A stretch of DNA of 64,000 bases from Anaerohalosphaeraceae bacterium. GTDB lineage: Bacteria; Planctomycetota; Phycisphaerae; Sedimentisphaerales; Anaerohalosphaeraceae. The first letter of the stretch is position 1; the number at the start of each line of letters is the position of its first letter. The notes below the pieces were generated by a model that saw nothing but the letters and a program-made list of their open reading frames with translations, was not told the origin of the DNA and made no database searches. The translations under genes and the position numbers were made by a program. Location: the NCBI GenBank assembly GCA_050309605.1, contig JBNRMN010000002.1, positions 16,438 to 80,437 of the forward strand, written 5' to 3'. Of the stretch, positions 59,827-64,000 are shown one piece after another.

Positions 59827-61266
59827 TCAGGGCTGCGGGCCGTAGCGGTGCTGCGGGTTGCGGGTCAACAGGCTCATCACAAGTAAAGCCGCCGGCAGGG
59901 TCAGCATCCACAACAGGGCGTCCTGATAGCTGCCCAGCCGGGTCTTACCGAAGCTGAACAGTACCGGCCCCATCGCGCTGCTGAGAACCATTGCCGACAT
60001 GGCGGCACTGCTGATGGCGCCGAGGTGTTTTCGACCGAAGAAACGCGGCAGCGACGCATCGGCCAGTACGCCCCACATTCCGCCGCTGATGCCGAGCATC
60101 AGGATGGTTGTTGTAAAGCCGACCGGTGTATCAAAAAAAATCAGCCCATAGATCCCGCCGGCAATCGTTGTTGAAAGCGCCATTAAGACCCAGCTCAGCG
60201 GAACACGGGTTCTGTCCATGAGGTAAGCGGTCAGAAACCGTACCGGCAGGGTAATGAACACAAAATACAGAAACAACCGTGTCGCTTCGTCGGCGGTTTT
60301 GCCCGCGTCCTGACCAAAGTCGGTGATATGAAACGCCACCGCGGTAACGATCATTCCGTGCAGCGACAACAACAGTGCCGTCGTCCAAAACGACAGTGTT
60401 TTGAGCGCTTCTCGGCGGGTAAAGTCCCGATAAATCGGATGCAGATCAGGGTGTTTTTGCTGGGCTTGCTCAGTCCGAGGGGTGCCGTCCATGGTCAGGC
60501 CGCACTCTTCCGGATTGTCGCGAAAAAACAACAGGCCGAGCGTGGCCATGCCGCCGCCGACGATCCCGGCCATGAGCCAGCAGGCCTGCCGCCAGCCGAG
60601 AGCGGCGATCAGCCCGGTCAACAGCCACGGTGCGGCATTGAAGGCAAACGTTGCAGGGACGCCGGAAATCGCAGTCGCCATCCCCCGATGGCGGTTAAAC
60701 CAACGCCCCATCGCCACACGGCCGACCGTGGTCATATTGCCTTGTCCGAAGAAGCGGATGAGCAAAAATGCAAACGCCGCCGCCGCGCCCGCTGTCAGGC
60801 CGGACGGAAAAAACCGAGTCAGCAAGTCGGCCAGCGGTTCGATGCCGGGCCGTGCCGTCAGGTCGGACGGGATACGGCGGCTCAGCCACTCAGCCAGCCG
60901 ATCGACGTGCGACAGAACCAACAGGCTGCTTGCCAGCCCCAGCGAGGCGAACAGGCTCATCAGCCGCACTCCGATCACGTCCAGCAGCCGTCCGGCAAAC
61001 GGCAGAATGAACCCGCTGCTCAGCGTGCCGATCATATAGGCCAGGCTCAGTTCGTCGCGGGTCAAACCGAGCGCGTCGATGATGTGGTCGGTAAAGACGC
61101 CGACGCCGGCGGTCTGGCCGGGAATCGAGCAGACAATCGAGACCGTCGAGACAGCCACGATCATCCAGCCGTAAAAAAATGGCCATTTGGCTGGCGCAAA
61201 CGGGACATTGGCCCATTTGGAAGCCCATGGACGGTTGTCCTGTCCTGTCTGTTTGTTTGTTGTCAT
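59827..61266 (-). CDS. MFS transporter
   Basis: FYGW, G.LLD..G.R, RWF...RG.A, FFGR.HLG.I; about 12 TM. Confidence 0.92.
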   Translation of the reverse strand: MTTNKQTGQDNRPWASKWANVPFAPAKWPFFYGWMIVAVSTVSIVCSIPGQTAGVGVFTDHIIDALGLTRDELSLAYMIGTLSSGFILPFAGRLLDVIGVRLMSLFASLGLASSLLVLSHVDRLAEWLSRRIPSDLTARPGIEPLADLLTRFFPSGLTAGAAAAFAFLLIRFFGQGNMTTVGRVAMGRWFNRHRGMATAISGVPATFAFNAAPWLLTGLIAALGWRQACWLMAGIVGGGMATLGLLFFRDNPEECGLTMDGTPRTEQAQQKHPDLHPIYRDFTRREALKTLSFWTTALLLSLHGMIVTAVAFHITDFGQDAGKTADEATRLFLYFVFITLPVRFLTAYLMDRTRVPLSWVLMALSTTIAGGIYGLIFFDTPVGFTTTILMLGISGGMWGVLADASLPRFFGRKHLGAISSAAMSAMVLSSAMGPVLFSFGKTRLGSYQDALLWMLTLPAALLVMSLLTRNPQHRYGPQP

Positions 61267-61373
61267 AACGGCTTTCCCGTACACACAAAAGCCGCTATTG
61301 TAGGCATCAGCCGACAGATTACAAGCCCAAAGAAAAAATGGCCAAAGGATCGAATGTCCGCGATGCGGCGGTG

Positions 61374-63125
61374 TTAGTCGTTCGTTTCGACCGTCAGATA
61401 AGTGCTCAACTGAGGCGGGTAGAGATAGCCCATCGAGACCATCGCGACATACATCCGGTAGATGTCATCCTGCATCAGGGTGATGCGGCGGTCCGCGGCC
61501 GGGACGGTGGTGGTATAGATGCGCAGTTCGCCCGGTACCACTGTAATCAGTTCCTCGCGCCAGTCGCCGAGGATGTCGGCCACCGCCAGAATTGTGCCTT
61601 CATACGTGTCGATAACCGGGCCGTGATAGCGCTGGATGCGGCCGCGGTCGGCATAGGGTTTGACCTCGCCGGCTTCCCAATACAGCGGGACGGGATTGAG
61701 CCGCCCAAGGTTTTCCTGCCGCAGCAGGCGTCCGTCAGCGCTGAATGTCCAGTGAGCCGAACGGTCTTTTTCGCCGATGTAAAATTCCATTCCGGGGTTA
61801 TTCGGGTCAACATTGCCGAACATCCCGCTGCTGTGCACGTGCGTGGTGGGAAAATCACAGCCCCAGATCATTTTGCCGGTGGCGGCTTCGACCAGACAGA
61901 TGGCGTGCTGGTCGCGTCGCGGCTCGATGCCGTAAATGATTTCCAGTCCCGGTCGTTCCGGCAGAATATCGGCGACATAGGCCGCGTCCGGATGGCCCAG
62001 GCCGGTGTTCCAAAGCAGTGTGCCGTCGCCGCGGAGCACGGCTGCACCGAGGATGATTTCATCGCGTCCGTTGCCGGTTACATCGGCGGCCAGCATGCCG
62101 TGCATGCCCTGTCCGCGCACCGGCGGATCTTCTTCATCGCCGCTCCAGCTCCAGAGTTTGACGAGTTTGTCCTCTTCGAGGTTGTACGCATCGACGCGCA
62201 TCAGGGTGTATGTGCCCCGCAAGACCAGCAGGCTGGGGCGTTTGCCGTCCAGATACGCGGCGCCGATCAGGTGACGCGAGGCGCGGTTGTTTCGCGTGTC
62301 GCCCCAGTCTTCAATGGTGCCGCGCGCGACCCAATCGACCCAATCCAGTTCTTTTCCGGTCATCCCGTCAAGGATGGAGCAGTACTCCGGGCCGGTGGTC
62401 ACCCGTCCGGCCAGCGGATGGTCGTCGGGGTTGCGGTAATCGACGTCGGCGGGGGCGGTTTTGAGGGCGACCTCGGCCCGTCCGTTACCGTTAAAATCAA
62501 AGGCGACCATCGGCGACCACCAGACACCCTGTTCGATGTTCCAGCCGAGGTCTTTGCGCCATAAAAGTGTGCCGTCGTTCAGATAGGCCTCGACCTTCCA
62601 GGTGGTCTCGCTCTTGCGCCAGACGCCGGGGTCGCTGACCTGATGGGGCTGTTTGATGACGAAATCGTATTTGCCGTCGCCGTTCAGATCGGCAATCGCC
62701 ACCCGGTTGCACACATAATCATCCCCTTTGAAGGGAATGGCGATATAGTTGCGCATCGGCGGATGGACTGGCAAAGAAACCGCAGCCGACTCGTCTGACA
62801 CCTGCCGGGCGGAAACAACGCTCAGCCGCCATCGGTTGGGTTGATCCAGCGGGGCGTCGGCATCGACAAAGTCGGTGGTCTGCCTGAGAGGGGTATCGTT
62901 GAGTCGGATTTCCTCACCGTTGCTGGTTTGCCGATACAGGTTGAACCCGACGTCCGGCGGATCGCTTCGGAGCAGCCGCCAGCCCAGATAGACGCCGCCT
63001 TCCTGTCGGGGGACGGCGACAAAGCCCCGATCCGGTTTTTCAGCGGGGCGGCGCTGGGCGTATGTTGTTTCAGCGACGATCAAAGTGATGACGACGCCCC
63101 ATCCGATTACAAGGGTGTTTCTCAT
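61374..63125 (-). CDS. Rhamnogalacturonan lyase-like (PL11, YesW/YesX-type) secreted protein
   Basis: V.LGWRLL..DP....FNLYR, DLNGDG.YD, RG.YT, QG.H....ADV..NG.DEI, GHPDA, ADILGDWREE, LRIYTT. Confidence 0.85.
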   Translation of the reverse strand: MRNTLVIGWGVVITLIVAETTYAQRRPAEKPDRGFVAVPRQEGGVYLGWRLLRSDPPDVGFNLYRQTSNGEEIRLNDTPLRQTTDFVDADAPLDQPNRWRLSVVSARQVSDESAAVSLPVHPPMRNYIAIPFKGDDYVCNRVAIADLNGDGKYDFVIKQPHQVSDPGVWRKSETTWKVEAYLNDGTLLWRKDLGWNIEQGVWWSPMVAFDFNGNGRAEVALKTAPADVDYRNPDDHPLAGRVTTGPEYCSILDGMTGKELDWVDWVARGTIEDWGDTRNNRASRHLIGAAYLDGKRPSLLVLRGTYTLMRVDAYNLEEDKLVKLWSWSGDEEDPPVRGQGMHGMLAADVTGNGRDEIILGAAVLRGDGTLLWNTGLGHPDAAYVADILPERPGLEIIYGIEPRRDQHAICLVEAATGKMIWGCDFPTTHVHSSGMFGNVDPNNPGMEFYIGEKDRSAHWTFSADGRLLRQENLGRLNPVPLYWEAGEVKPYADRGRIQRYHGPVIDTYEGTILAVADILGDWREELITVVPGELRIYTTTVPAADRRITLMQDDIYRMYVAMVSMGYLYPPQLSTYLTVETND

Positions 63126-63178
63126 AAGACCGTCCTTATAGAGCGGATAAGCGAGAGGCTCCGACCGAATGCGTCGGC

Positions 63179-63865
63179 TCAAAGTCCCAGCTCGGCCAGT
63201 AATTCATCCGCATGATCGACATATTTCATCATCCACAGAATGTATCGCAAATCCACATGAATCGCGCGAGTCATATCAGGCATAAACAGCAAATCGCTGG
63301 CAACGGCCTCGGAATTGCCGTCAAAGACCAGTCCGACCCATTGGCCTTTGCGATTGAGCGTGGCCGAGCCGGAGTTACCGCCGGTAATGTCCAGATCCGA
63401 CAGGAAGTTAACCGGTATGTCATTGAGGTTTGCTGAGAAAAAATCCATCTCCGGATACACCAAAGCCGCGGCGTTGCGCAGTTCTTCCGGGGTGTTGAAC
63501 GGCTCGTCGCCGGTGTGTTTTTCGATGACCTGACTTAGCGTGGTAAACGGATCATAGCTCGGCGATTGAGGCGTCGGCTGATACCCTTTGACGGTGCCGA
63601 AGGTTACGCGCAACGTTCCGTTGGCATCGGAAGCGAGCGGTTGATTGTAAAAGGTCTGACAGGCCTCCACATACATAGGTCGCAGCAGCGCCATTTGGCC
63701 TTCGTAGCGTTTGCGTCGCTGTTCCTGCTGTCGGGTAAACGGACGCAGCCGCAGCGCCAGTTGAATGAACGAATCGCCGCTTTGGCGTAAATCTTCAAGC
63801 GAGGCCTTTTCGAACAGTTCGATACGCCGTTCGGCTTCGTCCAGTTCCAGCGCATCGGAAAACAA
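63179..63865 (-). pseudogene. C-terminal fragment of an S46 dipeptidyl peptidase
   Basis: DANGTLR.TFG.V.GY, DITGGNSGS, GL.FDGN, R.I.VD.RY. An in-frame TAA in AT-rich DNA just upstream leaves no N-terminal half. Confidence 0.75.
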
Positions 63866-64000
63866 AGACAGAACGTAAGATTTTAGCCGTTTGAAGCAAA
63901 AATTTTAAAAATTCTTTGAAAAATTCATATTTTAGACTTGCGCCATCCTGTATTTTGAGTATTGTTTCGTGTAATGAAACAACGCACGGAACAATCTGTC

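Overview
A 64-kb chromosomal window from a GC-rich anaerobic bacterium; gene content and style suggest Planctomycetota/Phycisphaerae, which is inference only. From left to right it holds: (1) a type IV pilin/pseudopilin cluster interspersed with heptamer repeats; (2) rarA, 5-formyl-THF cyclo-ligase, an L,D-transpeptidase and a vWA protein; (3) a cluster of exported/membrane proteins at 8.4-16.1 kb; (4) xerC, a radical SAM gene, kdsA, dapF and an aroD-aroE fusion; (5) a ~7.2-kb Mu-like transposable element bounded by imperfect TGTA..TACA inverted ends, carrying repressor, frameshifted DDE transposase, MuB-like ATPase, prohead protease and HK97 capsid genes but no terminase, portal or tail; (6) an oxidative-stress block headed by a PerR/Fur gene and running into an Rnf/Nqr-hybrid operon and rubredoxin; (7) zwf, rex, a sensor kinase and a four-subunit [FeFe]-hydrogenase with atypical H-cluster motifs; (8) xylA/xylB; (9) a second kinase/receiver pair and a second Rnf/Nqr hybrid; (10) an MFS transporter, a PL11-like lyase and a truncated S46 peptidase. 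The strongest candidate for an undescribed system is block (3). Three apparent TGA stops (9537, 14187, 15906 on the minus strand) sit in Cys-containing motifs (two homologous G-U-G-G-x-C-x-x-S-W-R-x-P motifs and one C-P-T-U). Each is followed by a hairpin whose TG(G/T) loop lies exactly 22-24 nt after the TGA. This points to three clustered selenoproteins with bacterial SECIS elements that the ORF track splits or truncates.
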